Positions 1 through 13,727 of a stretch of DNA of 64,000 nt are shown in pieces. A program made the position numbers and the translations under genes. Numbering within the stretch: position 1 is the first letter of the stretch; each line of letters begins with the position of its first letter. The notes under the pieces were generated by a model, which was not told where the DNA came from, did not search any database, and worked only from the letters and a program-made list of their open reading frames with translations. Source of the stretch: Octopus vulgaris (lineage: Eukaryota); the NCBI GenBank assembly GCA_951406725.2, contig OX597827.1:806001-870000 (forward strand), given 5' to 3'.

Positions 1-50
<50 letters not shown>

Positions 51-74
51 ATATATATATATATATATATATAT
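1..74. repeat. (ATCT)n followed by (AT)n microsatellite
   Basis: Direct reading; representative of dozens of similar compound microsatellites not listed individually. Confidence 0.95.
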
Positions 75-188
75 GCAAGTACCAAATCCAATTTAAACAG
101 TAGATACAACTCTGTGGTTGTTTTTTGAAATTTATAACTATTTCTTCATGTATATCTATCTATATATATATATATATGTTTGTGTGTA

Positions 189-512
189 TTGGGTCATGCC
201 ATAAATAATGCCGTTTTGTTTTCAATCGCATGAACTTGGAGGGGGACGGGATAAACTACCTGCATCAACTTGCTATAAAAGCAGGTAGTAACTTTACCTT
301 GTCATTATTCTTTGTGCAAGTTTTGAAGAGAGTTCGATTTTAACAGTTATTTTTTCAAAGCTATAATAGAAGTGACAAAGGAGCATACTTGGCATATTTT
401 GCTTTATGAGTTCAATAAAGGCAACAATGCAACAGAAAGTGCGAGGAATATTAATGGAGTATATGGAGATCGGACAATAATCATAAGCCGGTGTCAACAG
501 TGGTTCCAGAAA
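189..512 (+). mobile_element. Truncated mariner element: left TIR plus N-terminal HTH of the transposase
   Basis: TA at 187-188, then TIR-like TTGGGTCATGCCATAAATAATG. Positions 366-512 translate (ATA)EVTKEHTWHILLYEFNKGNNATESARNINGVYGDRTIIISRCQQWFQK, a Mos1-type N-terminal HTH. Probable start ATG>ATA; breaks into a SINE fragment at ~513. Confidence 0.85.
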
Positions 513-820
513 TGTATTTGTGTGTCTGTGTTTGTCGCCCCACCATCGCTTGACGACCGAGTGTATAAAAAGCATATTCTTTCATACGTTTCAGCCCAAA
601 TGCCCTTGCCATGCTGGGGCACCACCAGTGTAGTCGTCTTTTGAATGGCCATCCCTATGCTATTGTCTTTTGGTGAAAGAGGAAGTTTAACACCGCTGCC
701 CTCTTTTGAGTTTCCTGCCGTGATATAGGTTCAAATGCACCCCAGGGACTCAAGTTGCTTCTTGAAAACATACCCATCCTCCATGAATATCCCTCAAATG
801 TTTTGGCAAAGCATTGAACG

Positions 821-953
<133 letters not shown>

Positions 954-1911
954 TCAGATGCATTTATATATTATTTGATTCTCTGTCTGAAGAATTTCTG
1001 ACAGTAGATATCTTACATGTTTTTCCTACATGTACAAATTTGTAATTCCTATCAGTAAATGAAACATGTATAATGGTGAATAAATAATACCCAAAACTTT
1101 TCCCATCCTCTCGGTTTTACATGTATGTATGTATGCATATACATACGTACAAGCATGTGTGTGTGTGAGTTTGTGCACATGAAGATAATATAAGGATTCC
1201 TATTCGTATATATCAAGACTGGCAAGATGAAGCTGGGATTAGCGTTTAATGACGTTTTATCTTAAACAAATAGAATACAGCTGTCCAACAGTGCACGTTC
1301 TGTTCTGGTTTGCATAATTCTTTGTTCCTTTAAACATAGATACACATATATGCATGCGCACACATACACAGGCATATACATGTATATATGCATAAATATG
1401 TTTTCATTTGGGAACTTATGGTATTTGTAATGTTTGAGCTCAGGTAACGATACCAAATGCTCCGTGCAATATGAGAACGTTTAAATAAAATAAAGTTTGG
1501 ATTAACCCATAGCATTACTCTGAACATTGGTATCTTCTTTTATGTAATATACTGCTCCAGTAAAACCACTTTCGTTTAATGCTTCCATATATTGGTATAC
1601 TGCAGTATGAAAAACAAAGGCCTTACCAAAAGAGAAAGACGTTATTCGTTTGCTGATGTCTCATCGAAACTGAGTGGTTCGGGGTCATACGGATTGACAA
1701 TAATGTTTCGCTGGTTTTTCTATGCAAATATAATATCATTAGCATCGCTGATTTTAAAGTGACATTCCAAATATTCGCAAAACTGTGATTATGATCAACT
1801 GTAATTTAATTCTTTAAATGTAAATATGAAGTATTTTGTAAATCTAAAGTATGTACGTTCATAACGGTACAAATTATTAACCTATCGTCTCGGTACAAGC
1901 CACCCTGCAAG

Positions 1912-2380
1912 ATGGTAATAGTGGTGATAATGACAATGATTGTAGTGGTGGTGGTGGTGATGGTGATGGTGATTGTAGTGGTGGTGGTGGTGGTGGTGAT
2001 AGTGACAATGATTGTAGTGGTGGTGGTGATGGTGGTGATGGTGATGGTGATTGTAGTGGTGGTGGTGATGGTGATGGTGATTGTAGTGGTGGTGGTGGTT
2101 GATAGTGACGTGGTGGTGGTTGTATTAATGTTGGTTTTAGTGTTTAATGTTGGTCGTGCTGTTGTTATCGCTTGCAGTAACAGTGGTATAAATGGCGGTG
2201 GTTGTGGTAGTGATGTTACTAGTGGCAGTGGTGATGCTGGTATAAAGAGTGATGGTGTAGAGAATGGTAATACTTAAGGCAATAGCTGTAATGGTGATAA
2301 TGTTGTTCGTAGTAATGGGGATAGTCTTGATGTTATTGCTAGTTGTGTTTATTACTAATGGTGATGATATTACTTTTATT
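1912..2380. repeat. Degenerate GTG/GAT/GTA triplet low-complexity block
   Basis: Runs of GTG, ATG, GTA; explains the poly-Val/Met ORFs. Confidence 0.9.
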
Positions 2381-2898
2381 GGGTGAGAGAGCAGCAAATG
2401 CCATCAAAGTAACACTGGGGTAGAAATCTACGAAGCCCAATATACTCATCATGACTACCCGTCTGATATGTTCAAGACATAGTGATCTTATATCAAAATA
2501 AACAGCACATGACCTTGCAAGTGGGGCCCAGTTAGAATTTTTGTCAGGTTGAGTAGCCCATTCCGCTCAAACGGTCCTTGAATAAGGGTTTCTTAAGGAT
2601 GTTGAACGAAGGACCCATGTTTTCAGAGGGGAATTATTCAAACTCCAAAAAATTCCTCTCAACACACGGTTATTATGCTTCCCTACTATTTCTGCTCTTG
2701 ATCAGAGATGCACATATCGTCAGCCACAAAGGACATGCCTAACTGGTTAAGGTCAAACAACTGACAAGCAAATCTGTAGTACTGAGCAGAATATTTGCTG
2801 TAGCTCATCTTTTATACCAAGACAAAACAATGTACATGATAACACTTCCAATCAGTTAAGATCAGAAGCCATGAGAACCAGTGCTTGGTACTGCATCG
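2381..2898 (-). mobile_element. ~520-550 bp dispersed non-coding repeat associated with TAA tracts (copy with internal deletion)
   Basis: Colinear with 51118-51675 along its length (e.g. CATCATGACTACCCGTCTGATA, GGGGCCCAGTTAGAATTTT, CATGATAACACTTCCAATCAGTTAAGAT); reverse-complement fragment at 12331-12499. Strand inferred from TAA polarity. Confidence 0.85.
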
Positions 2899-3045
2899 TT
2901 CTTTCTTATTCCTGGTTCAGACCTTATACGTTTAGTAGAAAGGATTATTATTATTATTATTATTATTATTGGTGTTGTTGTTGTTTGATATTACTATTAC
3001 TAAGTAGTAGTAGTAGTAGTAGTAGTAGTAATAGTGGTAGTAGTG

Positions 3046-3109
<64 letters not shown>

Positions 3110-3368
3110 CTGCAGCAGTTGTAGATGTGGGAATGCTGATGATTACTTTACCGTCGTTTCACCTACGGCAGCTCTGATGGAGCAAATTCATTATGGAAAG
3201 CATTCCAGCCCATGACCATCCTGTATGTAGGACTGTATTAGCTGATGTGTCCTGTCCTCATGTGAGATTGCAGGCTGTGGTTTGAGGGAGATCTGGCTGT
3301 TGTTTCTAGAAGGTTGAAACAACTATGTAGAAACTCTCTTATTCCTGCTCGTTGCTATTAGTGTAGTG

Positions 3369-3674
3369 AAGGTGCGTGGCTTAGTGGTTAGGGTATTCGG
3401 CTCACCGCCGTAAGGTTGTGAGTTCGACTCACGGCTGTGTGTTGTGTCTTTGAGCAAAATGCTTTATTTCATGTTGCTCCACTCTTCTCAGCTGGCAAAA
3501 ATGAGTCGTACCTGTAATTCAAAGGGGCCAGCTTTGTTACGTTCTTGTATCATATTGAACCTCCCTGAGAACTGTCTGTGGAGTACTCAGCTAATTTCAC
3601 TTTAATTTCACGAGTAACCTGTTCCATTGGTCGGATCAACTTGAACCCCACTCGTCGTAACCGACGGAGTACCA
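3369..3674 (+). mobile_element. tRNA-derived SINE, family C
   Basis: A box TGGCTTAGTGG, B box GAGTTCGACTC; 3' part (..TCGTCGTAACCGACGGAGT) shared with 15956-16337. Confidence 0.8.
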
Positions 3675-4520
3675 GTGGTATTATTGTGGTGGTGGTGGCG
3701 GTGTGGATGTTTCTTGCTGCTGCTAACGTTATTTGGACTGGTGTTGATGGCGATGGTGGTAGCATTGGTGACATTGGTGGTAGTAGTGGTAGTAGTGGTA
3801 GTAGTGGTAGTGTTCACTCAAATCATTGTAGCGCTGGTGTTGGTGTTAGTAGTAGTGGTGGTAGTGGAGGTGAATGTTTTGGGGATGTTATTGGCTTCGA
3901 CAATGATGGTGTTGGTTGCAGTGGTAGTAGTTTTGCGAATGATGATGGTGGTGGTGGTGGTGGTAGCGAATGTAGTAGTGATGATATTGGTATTAGTAGT
4001 GGTGTTGGTTCCCAATAGTGGTGGATTATGTTGCAGCAGTTGTGGTGTTGGTTGCAGTGGTGGTAATTTTGTTTGGCGGTGGTGGAGGTGGTAGGGGTGG
4101 TGGTAGTAGTGGTGATAGTGTTGTTGGTGCGGATGGTGGTGTCGGTTACAGTAGTGGTGGTGGTGATTGTAGTAATAAGAGCATTGGTTGCAGGCGATGA
4201 TTTTAGTTGCAGTAGAGGTGGTAGCGTTGGCTGCAGGTGGTAGTGGTGCAGTTGTAGGTGGTGGTGACGGTTGCACCACTGGTAGTGTTGGTTACAGTAG
4301 TACTGGTGGTGGTCGTAGTAGTAAATGTATTTGTCGCGTGTGGTCGTTGTAGTGGTACTGGTTACCTTAGTGGTAGCTTTGGCTGCAAGTGGTGGTGGTG
4401 GTGGTGGCGATGGGAGTAGGGGTTGGTGCAAGTTGCGGTAGTAGTAGTTTTGGTTGTAGTAATGAGGGTATCGGCTGCATGTGGAGACGATATTATTGGT
4501 AGCAGCGTTGGTGGTTTTGC
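3675..4520. repeat. Long degenerate GGT/GTA/GTT triplet block
   Basis: Direct reading; overlapping low-complexity ORFs in several frames. Confidence 0.85.
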
Positions 4521-4649
4521 TGTCTGCAGTCGTCGCTGGAACAGATGAAAGCAATCCACGTCTGACCATTGCTACAATAAATATCTAATGGTTAAAGGTA
4601 ATAAACTTTGATTGGTCAAGTTAATAAATATTCAATGCTGTCGGTCAGT

Positions 4650-4667
4650 AGTGCCACCTAATGGTCA
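4650..4667 (-). promoter_or_regulatory. Candidate CTCF-like motif
   Basis: Minus strand TGACCATTAGGTGGCACT versus core consensus CCASYAGRKGGCRS, one mismatch; motif match only. Confidence 0.25.
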
Positions 4668-5048
4668 GTCTGGTAATCAAAAGTGCTAAATATTCGATGG
4701 CCAAGCCAATAAATATAAGCTGGCAAAACAAATTAATGTCTGGAAATAACGGACGATATATCATGAAAGCCGAAATTACCCACAGCTGGCTCCAAGTAGA
4801 GGCACTAGTAATACTTAGAGGACAAAACGTGGTTAATAAGTTCACTTAACTGACATGTGTTTATGAGGTGGGAGGATCGATCCCTACGCACGACACTCAC
4901 CCTGGGAAATTTGCTTTCTGTCTAAAATAGCCACGAGTGGATTGATTGTGAAATTTGTGAGTAGAAATTGTTAGGGAGCCCGTCGTATATAGATTTCTAC
5001 ATACATACATGCTTGCATACATACATACATACATACATACATACATGC

Positions 5049-5083
<35 letters not shown>

Positions 5084-5919
5084 GGCAGACAGACAGATAA
5101 ACATACATACATACATATTTGCATATATATAGGCAGACAGCACACAGATAAATGTACGTACATACATATGTATACACACACACACACACACACAAACGCA
5201 CACATATATATATATACATGTACACAAACATATACACATATTCATAAATATATCCACATATATATGTATGTACGTACATACACACACACACACACACAGA
5301 TAAAGTGAGTGAAACATAAAGAGAGATACGAAGAGAGTGAGAGAGAGAGAGAGAGAGAGAGACCGGTGGAGAAAGAGGAAGAGAGAGACGTTTAGGCCCT
5401 TCCATTAGCCAGTTACTATGGTGGGGGTGGTACTGGTGATGGTGATGCAGTGGTTATGTTTCTATTGTTGATAGTAACGGTGTGATGATGGCGGTGGTGG
5501 TATCGCTCATGGGCATATGAGGGTAGTGGTAATAGTGGAGGATAATAGGATGGTGGCGGTGGTGATTGGCTGCAGCGGTGGGGTTATTGCTTATCTCCAT
5601 TATTAAGACAGAAGAAATATAACTGAGATAGACTTAGTCGCTATTTCTAGCTGGCTAACGCACCACATAGACACCTCGTCTCGCTGCTGTTGTTATTAGT
5701 GTTCTTTTGTCTGTTATCTTTTTCTTGTTTCAGCACTGAGACTGTGGCCATGCTGGGGCACCACCTTGGAGGATTTTTCAGTCGAGTAAATCAACCCAAT
5801 TTTTAATATCTGGTACAGATTCTACCATTCTCTTTTACCGAACTGCTAGGTTACTGGAATATAAACAAACCAGCACCGGTTTCTAAATGATGGTGGATAC
5901 AAGCACAAAACAACACACA

Positions 5920-6005
<86 letters not shown>

Positions 6006-6040
6006 TATATGTATATATATATGTATATATATATTATATA

Positions 6041-6103
<63 letters not shown>

Positions 6104-7533
6104 TATGTGCGTGTATGTGTATGTATGTATATGTGCGTATAAATGTGTGCGTGTGTTTGCGTCCCTTACTACCGCTTGACAATTGGTGTTGGTTTTTCCT
6201 TATGTCTTCGTTACCTAGCGGCTCGGCAAAAGTGACCGATAGAATAATTACCAGGCTGTAGGAAAAAAGAAATACGTACTGGGGTCGATCCATTCGACTA
6301 AGAATTAAATATGGCCGATTATCGCACAGTTTCCATCACCCAATTTCACTTGCAAGATGTTGGTCGGTCACGTGCTATAGTTTGAGACTGTAGTTTTGCA
6401 TTATAGGTGCCGCAGAGTGGGATTGAACCGAAGGCAACGTGGTTGCAAAGCGAACTTCTTAGGCAAACATAATTTTTTACTCTTTTACCTGTTTCAGTCA
6501 TTTGACTGCGGCCATGCTGGAGCACCTTTCCGTGACCAACCTCCTGTATATATGTTTTTCAGACATAGTGTGTTTAGGATCACATAATCCAATACCTTTC
6601 TTTTGAAGTTGGTTGTTTACGGCTTGTGGCACATTTGGGTGCTATTTCTAGCGTGTCGGTGGCCCGCTCGTGGTTAAAAATTAAGGCTGTTATAGCTTCA
6701 TTATCCCCATCATCAGTATCATCTTCATTTGCAGTACCAGCGCCGGCATCCACCCCCACCACCACCACCATATCACCCCCACCATCACCCCTCCACTGTA
6801 GCTACTACTACAATCACTACCATCGCCGCCACCACCACCACTACCACCCACACCACAGTTACCACCACCACTGCCTCCATCGTAGCTACCGTAACTACCA
6901 CCACAACTACCAACAACAACAACAACAGCAAATACAACAACAACAACATTCCCATTACCACCACAACCACAACCACTATCATCAACACCTGCCTCCCCCC
7001 TACCATATCCCCACCATATCCCCACCAACTCCCTCCCATTCCTTCCCACAGCTTCTAAGTATTGTCATCTCGCTATTTTCCTTAATTCTTACTCCAAGAG
7101 TTTCCTGAAATCTTCCAATGAAATCTGTCAACATTTTCTATTCACATCAACTCGGTTTGTTTAGTCTCAGCAGCACACCTGTTGTTGTTGTGCTGTTGTT
7201 GCTGTTGTTGCTGCTGCTGTTATTGCTGTTGTTGTTGCTGCTGTTGTTGCTGTTGTTGTGATTGTTGCTGTTGTGATTGTTGCTGTTGTGATTGTTGCTG
7301 TTTTGATGTTGTTTTCTTCTCTGTGCTTGTGTAGGGAGGTTCTTTGTTTTACTTGTTTCTGTTTTTCATATCTGTTTTTGCATTATGCACACACACACAC
7401 ACACACACATACACACACACAACACATACAAGTTTAAATCTCGCTTCAAGTTTTTTTTAATATATTAAATGTATAGATGCATACATGTACAAATTATGCA
7501 TATGTTTGCATGTATATACGTACGTATGTGTGC

Positions 7534-7576
<43 letters not shown>

Positions 7577-7628
7577 ACCGCAATTTTTTTCTTCCATCTT
7601 CCCTTCCTTGGATCTTTCCTTTTCCTAT

Positions 7629-7663
7629 GTTTCTGACGAAGAGCTGCGCTCGAAACGTTAAAT
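7629..7663 (+). ncRNA. Minimal hammerhead ribozyme motif (GAGC-stem family)
   Basis: GTTT-CTGACGA-A-GAGC(TGC)GCTC-GAAA-CG-T-T-AAAT; core intact, helix III palindrome ACGT. Confidence 0.75.
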
Positions 7664-7723
7664 CCACGTCCTCGCGTTGTTGTGTTTTCTCTTTGTGTTT
7701 TCATGTTTGGATTAACTATATAT

Positions 7724-7787
<64 letters not shown>

Positions 7788-8078
7788 GTATATATACACA
7801 CACATACCTATATATATATATATGTATATATACACACACATACCTATATACATGCACACACACTCACACACACATATATACATTCAAACACACACGCATA
7901 TATATATATATGTATACATATGGCTCTCATTCATTTTCAGGATTTTCCCCTTTTTTAAAAATTCTAATTCACGTTTCAACGATGTGGCTTTCTTCATTTT
8001 TGCTTGTTTGTTTTATTTCCTTATACTGTTTTGTTTTGAAATGCTTTGTGCTAAAAAAAATTAAGACATTTGTAGAAG

Positions 8079-8483
8079 GGCGTAGGAGTGGCTGTGTCCT
8101 AAGTAGCTTGCTTACCAGCCACATGGTTCTGGGTTCTGTCCCACTGCGTGGCACCTTGGGCAAGTGTCTTCTACTATAGCCTCGGGTCAACTAAAGCCTT
8201 GTGAGTGGATTTGGTAGACGGAAACTGAAAGAAGCCTGTCGTATATACGTATATATATGTATGTGTGTATATGTTTGTGTGTCTTTGTTTGTCCTCCCAA
8301 CATCACTTGACAACCGATGGTGGTTTGTTTACGCCCCCGTAACTTAGCGGTTCGGCAAGAGCGACCTATAGAATAAGTACTAGGTTTACAAAAAGTAAGT
8401 CCTGGGGTCGATTTGCTCGACAAAAAGGCGGTGCTCCAGCATGGCCAGAGTTACATAACTGAAACAACTAAAGGAGTAAAAGA
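8079..8483 (+). mobile_element. Full-length tRNA-derived SINE, family A, with internal microsatellite
   Basis: Head GGCGTAGGAGTGGCTGTG..GGTTCTGTCCC, body GGCACCTTGGGCAAGTGTCTT, tail GGCGGTGCTCCAGCATGGCC..CTGAAAC; homologous to 19469, 55535, 59665. Confidence 0.9.
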
Positions 8484-8574
8484 GTAGTAGTAGTAGTAGT
8501 AGTAGTAGTTGTTGTTCTTTTTTCTAGATTTGTTACGTTTTAAAGTGTTACTCGTGGTGTTGTCGAATGCAGCA

Positions 8575-8745
8575 AAGATGGCCGAGTCGTTATGTTTTGG
8601 CGGACGAAGTGCTTTTTCAGTATTTTTTGCTCCGGCTCCTTTACATTCTGAGTTTTTGTCCCTTCGAGGTTGATAAAAACGAATCATCAGACGCGCACTG
8701 GGATCTACGTAATTGACTTGTCCTCCTTTCCTTAAAATTGCTGAT
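8575..8745 (+). mobile_element. Degenerate SINE, family B
   Basis: Similar to 31873-32065 and to the reverse complement of 56506-56721. Confidence 0.6.
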
Positions 8746-9239
8746 ATCGAACCCCACAACAGACCGGTTCTGTTGTTCAGGGTTACTGTTGCAATCTCGC
8801 CACGAAAACTGACCTTACGAGTCCTTGGGCTCAAGAAAAATGAATTTAAAAAATATTTTTGCTACCGGTGAATTTGTATTGTTGAAATTGTTGTTGTTGT
8901 CGTGACAGCTAATGGTTGTATTCGTATTACTGTTGTTGTTTAACACACGGTCAGCCCTGTTCGAGCAAGCCTATGATCAAATTCATTCCAAAGGTGACCC
9001 TGCCGTAATTTATGTGTTTTAGAAACTAGATTGCCATCTCCTCTGCCTATTCTTCCTCCTCCTACATCTCCTCCTTCTCCACACCATCATCATGATCATC
9101 CTCATCATTATCCTCCATCCACCTCCTTCATCATCATCATCATCATCGTCATCAATGTCGACATCATCATCATCATTTCATCCCTATCCTCATCCAATAC
9201 AAACTATAATCTACAACTGGGATTCTGAACATCTCTCTC

Positions 9240-9276
<37 letters not shown>

Positions 9277-9790
9277 TTATCTCTTTCTCTCTCTGCCCTC
9301 AGTTCCATCATTTTAATCCCTTCGGGCAATTAGGGATTTCGATGATGGCCTACTCCCTTGGGTAATGGCAATGCTTAAGTGTGTGCGAGTGTGCGCGCGC
9401 GTCTATCTGTGTGTGTACAATGGCGTACCTGTGTGCGTGTGTGAGCTTGTGTGTGTGTGTGTGTGTGTGTACATTGGCGTGCTAGTGAGTGTCGTCATGT
9501 GTATATTAGCATGCACGCATGCGCGTGTGCATTTGTGTAATCATGGATGTATTTTGTGTATAGAATGAGGTGCTGGTATATGTGTATGTGTGTCTGTGTG
9601 CGTGTAAATCGTTGTTTGTGGCTGTACATATAGCTCTATATGTAAGTGTGCGTATATTGGTATATGTGTGTAGACATTGGTGACAAAATGTGCGTGAATA
9701 TTGATGCGTGTATACACATTCTTATGCGAGTGTTCATTGGTGTATACTTGCCTATCCTACTCTGTGTGCATAAAATTCCTGCAAAAGTTC

Positions 9791-9829
9791 AATCTGACGA
9801 CTCCACTAGAGTGGACGAAAGCGCTGATA
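9791..9829 (+). ncRNA. Minimal hammerhead motif, probably decayed
   Basis: AAT-CTGACGA-C-TCCAC(TAGA)GTGGA-C-GAAA-GCGC-T-G-AT; palindrome AGCGCT; G at the cleavage position and a C:C mismatch at the base of stem II. Confidence 0.65.
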
Positions 9830-10024
9830 TATGATATATGATATATAAAGACAAGTAACATACTAATAAATATCTGTAAATATAAAACCATCCAGACTTC
9901 TGAGTACCTCATTTCTTCTAATATATAATACCTGTACATCATCTCCAAACCTAATATATATACACATATATACATATACGTAATGAGTGTATATATATAT
10001 CATATGTGTGTGTATGTATGACTA

Positions 10025-10186
10025 TAAATAGGTTTATATATGTGTAACTTAGCGGTTCGGCAAAACAGACCGGTAGAATAAGTACTAGGCTTACAAAGAA
10101 TAAGTCCTGGGATCGATTTGTTCGACTAAAGGCGGTGCTCCAGCATAGCCACAGTCAAATGACTGAAACAAATAAAAGAATAAAAG
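10025..10186 (+). mobile_element. SINE family A, 3' half
   Basis: GTAACTTAGCGGTTCGGCAAAA..GGCGGTGCTCCAGCAT..GACTGAAACAAATAAAAG. Confidence 0.85.
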
Positions 10187-10213
10187 CATATGTGTGTATG
10201 TATATACATTATA

Positions 10214-10261
<48 letters not shown>

Positions 10262-10543
10262 TTATATGTGTATATATACGTATGTGTGTGTGTGTGTGTG
10301 TATGAAAACGCACACTCTTAGAATTATGTTTGCATGCATCATTTATTATGCCTGTTCTCATTCTAACTTTCTCCCGACACTTACACACACACACACACAC
10401 ACACACTTGCGCGCGCGCATTCACAAGTATGCACTCTTATATATTCATGTGCAGCTTCCTATACGCATATATGTATAAGTGTATTTATGAATGTATGTAT
10501 ATCTATCTATCTATCTATCTATCTATATATATATATATATATA

Positions 10544-10602
<59 letters not shown>

Positions 10603-10603
10603 A

Positions 10604-10663
<60 letters not shown>

Positions 10664-10839
10664 TATATGTACGTATACGTGTATGTGCTTGCGTTTGTAT
10701 CTGGTGAGGGTGTGTATGTACATTACATATGTACATACACACCCTCACCAGTTTACACACATTATTTGATGTATATTTAGACCGAAACACACACACACAT
10801 TCACACACACATACACGCACACGCACACACACACACACA

Positions 10840-10871
<32 letters not shown>

Positions 10872-11200
10872 AAGACACACATGCACTCAAGAAATTTGTT
10901 GCAAACGATTTCATTTTGGGAACCAATATTTTTGTCTTCAATTGACAGAAACGAATGATTTGTCTGTGAAGCCACCTTTCATTCCCCCCCCCCACCACAC
11001 CCCTTATTCCGTCTCTCTCATTTTTATGCTTCTCAATCTGTAGCTTTTCTTAGCCTTTCTCTTTCTCTCTCTGCCTTTCTCTTCTGATCACTTTGTAACT
11101 TTTTTTATGTCTCTCTTACTTTACTTTGTCTCTCTCTACTTTTCTACGTTTCCTCTTTCCGTATCTCAGTAACTTTTACTTCTCCGTCTGTCTCTGTCCG

Positions 11201-11231
<31 letters not shown>

Positions 11232-11575
11232 GTGTCTCTCTCTCTTACTCTCTCATTCTATCTCCCTCCACCGTGCTCTCTATCTTCTTGCATTTTCTAT
11301 CTCTTGAAATTCCGCCAACCTCTCAACCAGCCACTGTTCCATCATTTCATCTTTATTCCCTAATGTCGGAGTGAATGGGGTCGGAGTTGAGTTTTTCTTA
11401 TCTCACCAGAGACTGCACAGCTCAGAAATTCAGTTAAGATGGTGTAGCAGGGTTGAAGTAAGAGGGGAAGAGAGAAAGAGAGAAAGATAATGAGGGGAAA
11501 GCGGAAGATTAGGAGAATGATGATGATTATAAAAATACTTATTATTATCAGTGTTTCTATGAACCTTTCTTCTTC

Positions 11576-11633
<58 letters not shown>

Positions 11634-11689
11634 CATCTACTACTACTACTACTACTACTCAAGCGGTGAGCTGCTAAGATGGTCAGCTG

Positions 11690-11853
11690 GATTACATCGA
11701 TCTCAGTATTCAAATGGTACTTTATTTTATCGACCCTGAAAGGATGAAAGTTAGTGTTGATCTCGGCGGCTTTTGCACACAAAACGTAAAGCCGGAAGAA
11801 AGGGCCTCTAAGGATTTTGTCCGGCATACGAACGATTCTGCCAGTTTGCTGCC

Positions 11854-11855
<2 letters not shown>
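11690..11855 (-). mobile_element. SINE family B
   Basis: TTTATCGACCCTGAAAGGATGAAAG..AACGATTCTGCCAG matches 56506-56721. Confidence 0.75.
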
Positions 11856-11945
<90 letters not shown>

Positions 11946-11946
11946 A

Positions 11947-12320
11947 AGTAAACGTAAGGACCTGTAAATTGAAATTCAAAAGATGTGGCACCTTAAAGCA
12001 AGAATTATTCTTGTTATTGTAGGTACCCTAGGTATGATAAAAAAGATATGTGAGAAACATGTAGACAACATCCCCGGGGGATCATGCTTCAGAGAAATGC
12101 AAAAGAATGTGTTGTTAAGTACTGCCCACATCCTTAGAAAAACTCTATCAATTTAAATATCTGTGTTGTATTACATGAAGATATTTCGCTAGTGCCTCTG
12201 CTACTGTCCCTCCCCTAAGCTTCCGGCCATACTGTAACATCTCTTATGCTTCATTCACCCTAGGACACTGGATGTGTCTTGGCAAGTGATTATAACAAGC
12301 AAGCAGATTAAAAGTAAATA
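11947..12320 (+). mobile_element. 5'-truncated RLE-type (R4/Dong-like) non-LTR retrotransposon, fragment A
   Basis: 11947-12156 translates SKRKDL*IEIQKMWHLKARIILVIVGTLGMIKK..MQKNVLLSTAHILRKTLSI*, the C-terminus of a restriction-like endonuclease; then 3' UTR and AAC/AAT tail. Confidence 0.8.
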
Positions 12321-12330
12321 ACAACAATAA

Positions 12331-12499
12331 CAGTGGCTCTAGTTTCTGATCTTAACTAATTGGACGTGTTAAGATCTACATATTTTGTCTTGGTGTAAAA
12401 GATGGGCTACATGAAATATTCTACTCAGTACCACATATTGGTTTGCCAGTTGTTTGACCTTAACAGTTACGCATGTCCCTTTGTGACTGACAATATGTG
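12331..12499 (+). mobile_element. Fragment of the ~550 bp TAA-associated repeat
   Basis: Reverse complement of ~2710-2880 and ~51480-51652. Confidence 0.75.
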
Positions 12500-12933
12500 A
12501 GATTTTATGATTCAGTGCGATCATTAGATAGAGAATAGGAAGCCAGACATAGTCTTAATTGAGAAAGAAAGCAAACTATGCTGGATCATAGATATAGCAT
12601 GCCCAGCTGACAATAAGGTATCCGATAAGGAAGAAAGAAAAGTTGATAGATATGACAGGTTAGCTTGGGAGGTTAAGCAGTTGTGGTCGATGAAAAAGGT
12701 GGTAGTAGTACTAATAATTGTCGGAGCCCTGGGAACAGTGAGTAAAAATATTGAGAAGTACATCGAATAAATAGGGGCTGCAATAAGGGTGGAGCACTTA
12801 CAGAAAACAGCACTGCTTGGAACCGGTCAAATACTCCGGATGGTGCTCGAAAAATAAGGAGTGTTACTTTAGTTTACTGGTGGTGAACAGCTGACATTGT
12901 AGTACATCTCCAGCATTAGAAGCTGTGCAAAGA
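12497..12933 (+). mobile_element. 5'-truncated RLE-type retrotransposon, fragment B
   Basis: DFMIQCDH*IENRKPDIVLIEKESKLCWIIDIACP..VGALGTV..LQKTALLGTGQILRMVLEK* (stop 12855-12857); PD..D endonuclease motif; short 3' UTR then (AAT)n. Confidence 0.9.
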
Positions 12934-12995
12934 AAATAATAATAATAATAACAACAATAACAACAATAATAATAATAATAATGATAATAATGATA

Positions 12996-13578
12996 ATTTG
13001 ACACAACGCGATTACAAAAGACGAGATGACAATGTGGCAAGAATGTAAATCACGGCCTACAAAGAGCAAAGACGTGGTATGAGCAAACCCCCAGAAGGAA
13101 TCATCGAGAATGAAGATTGCCAAATCCTGTGGAACGCAATGATTCAGTGTGATCACCTGATTAGGTATCGGAAATCGGACATGGTTGTGGTGAATAAAGA
13201 GGAAAGAGCTTGCATGCTAATCCACATAGCATATCCCGGTGACAAAAAGATCGAAGAGAAATGAGAAGAAAAACTGAACGACTACGACGATTTGAAGTGG
13301 GAAATAGGAAGGTTGTGGTCAATGAGTAGAGTAGACGGGATGCCAAAAGTAATCGGTGCACTTGGAAGTATCAGAACTCAGCTACCAACGTGGTTCAAAA
13401 AGATTGATACAAATATAGACACAGAACATACACAAAAACCAGTATTGCTTGGAACTGCAAGAATTCTTCATAGGGTTCTTGAAGCATGACCAGTAAACAA
13501 GTGTCACCTTAATTTGCTGGCTGTGGGCAGCTGACACTTTCCATCGTACTCAGTAAAATATGCTGAAACTTTTCATTA
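12996..13578 (+). mobile_element. 5'-truncated RLE-type retrotransposon, fragment C
   Basis: YKRRDDNVAR..WYE..ILWNAMIQCDHLIRYRKSDMVVV..VIGALGSI..VLLGTARILHRVLEA* (ORFs 13079-13264 and 13292-13489); followed by long (AAT)n. Confidence 0.9.

Positions 13579-13727
<149 letters not shown>

Noticed and set aside
3578-4569. Gly/Ser-, Val-, Thr- and His-rich ORFs
   Set aside because: Overlapping ORFs on both strands of a degenerate GGT/GTA block.
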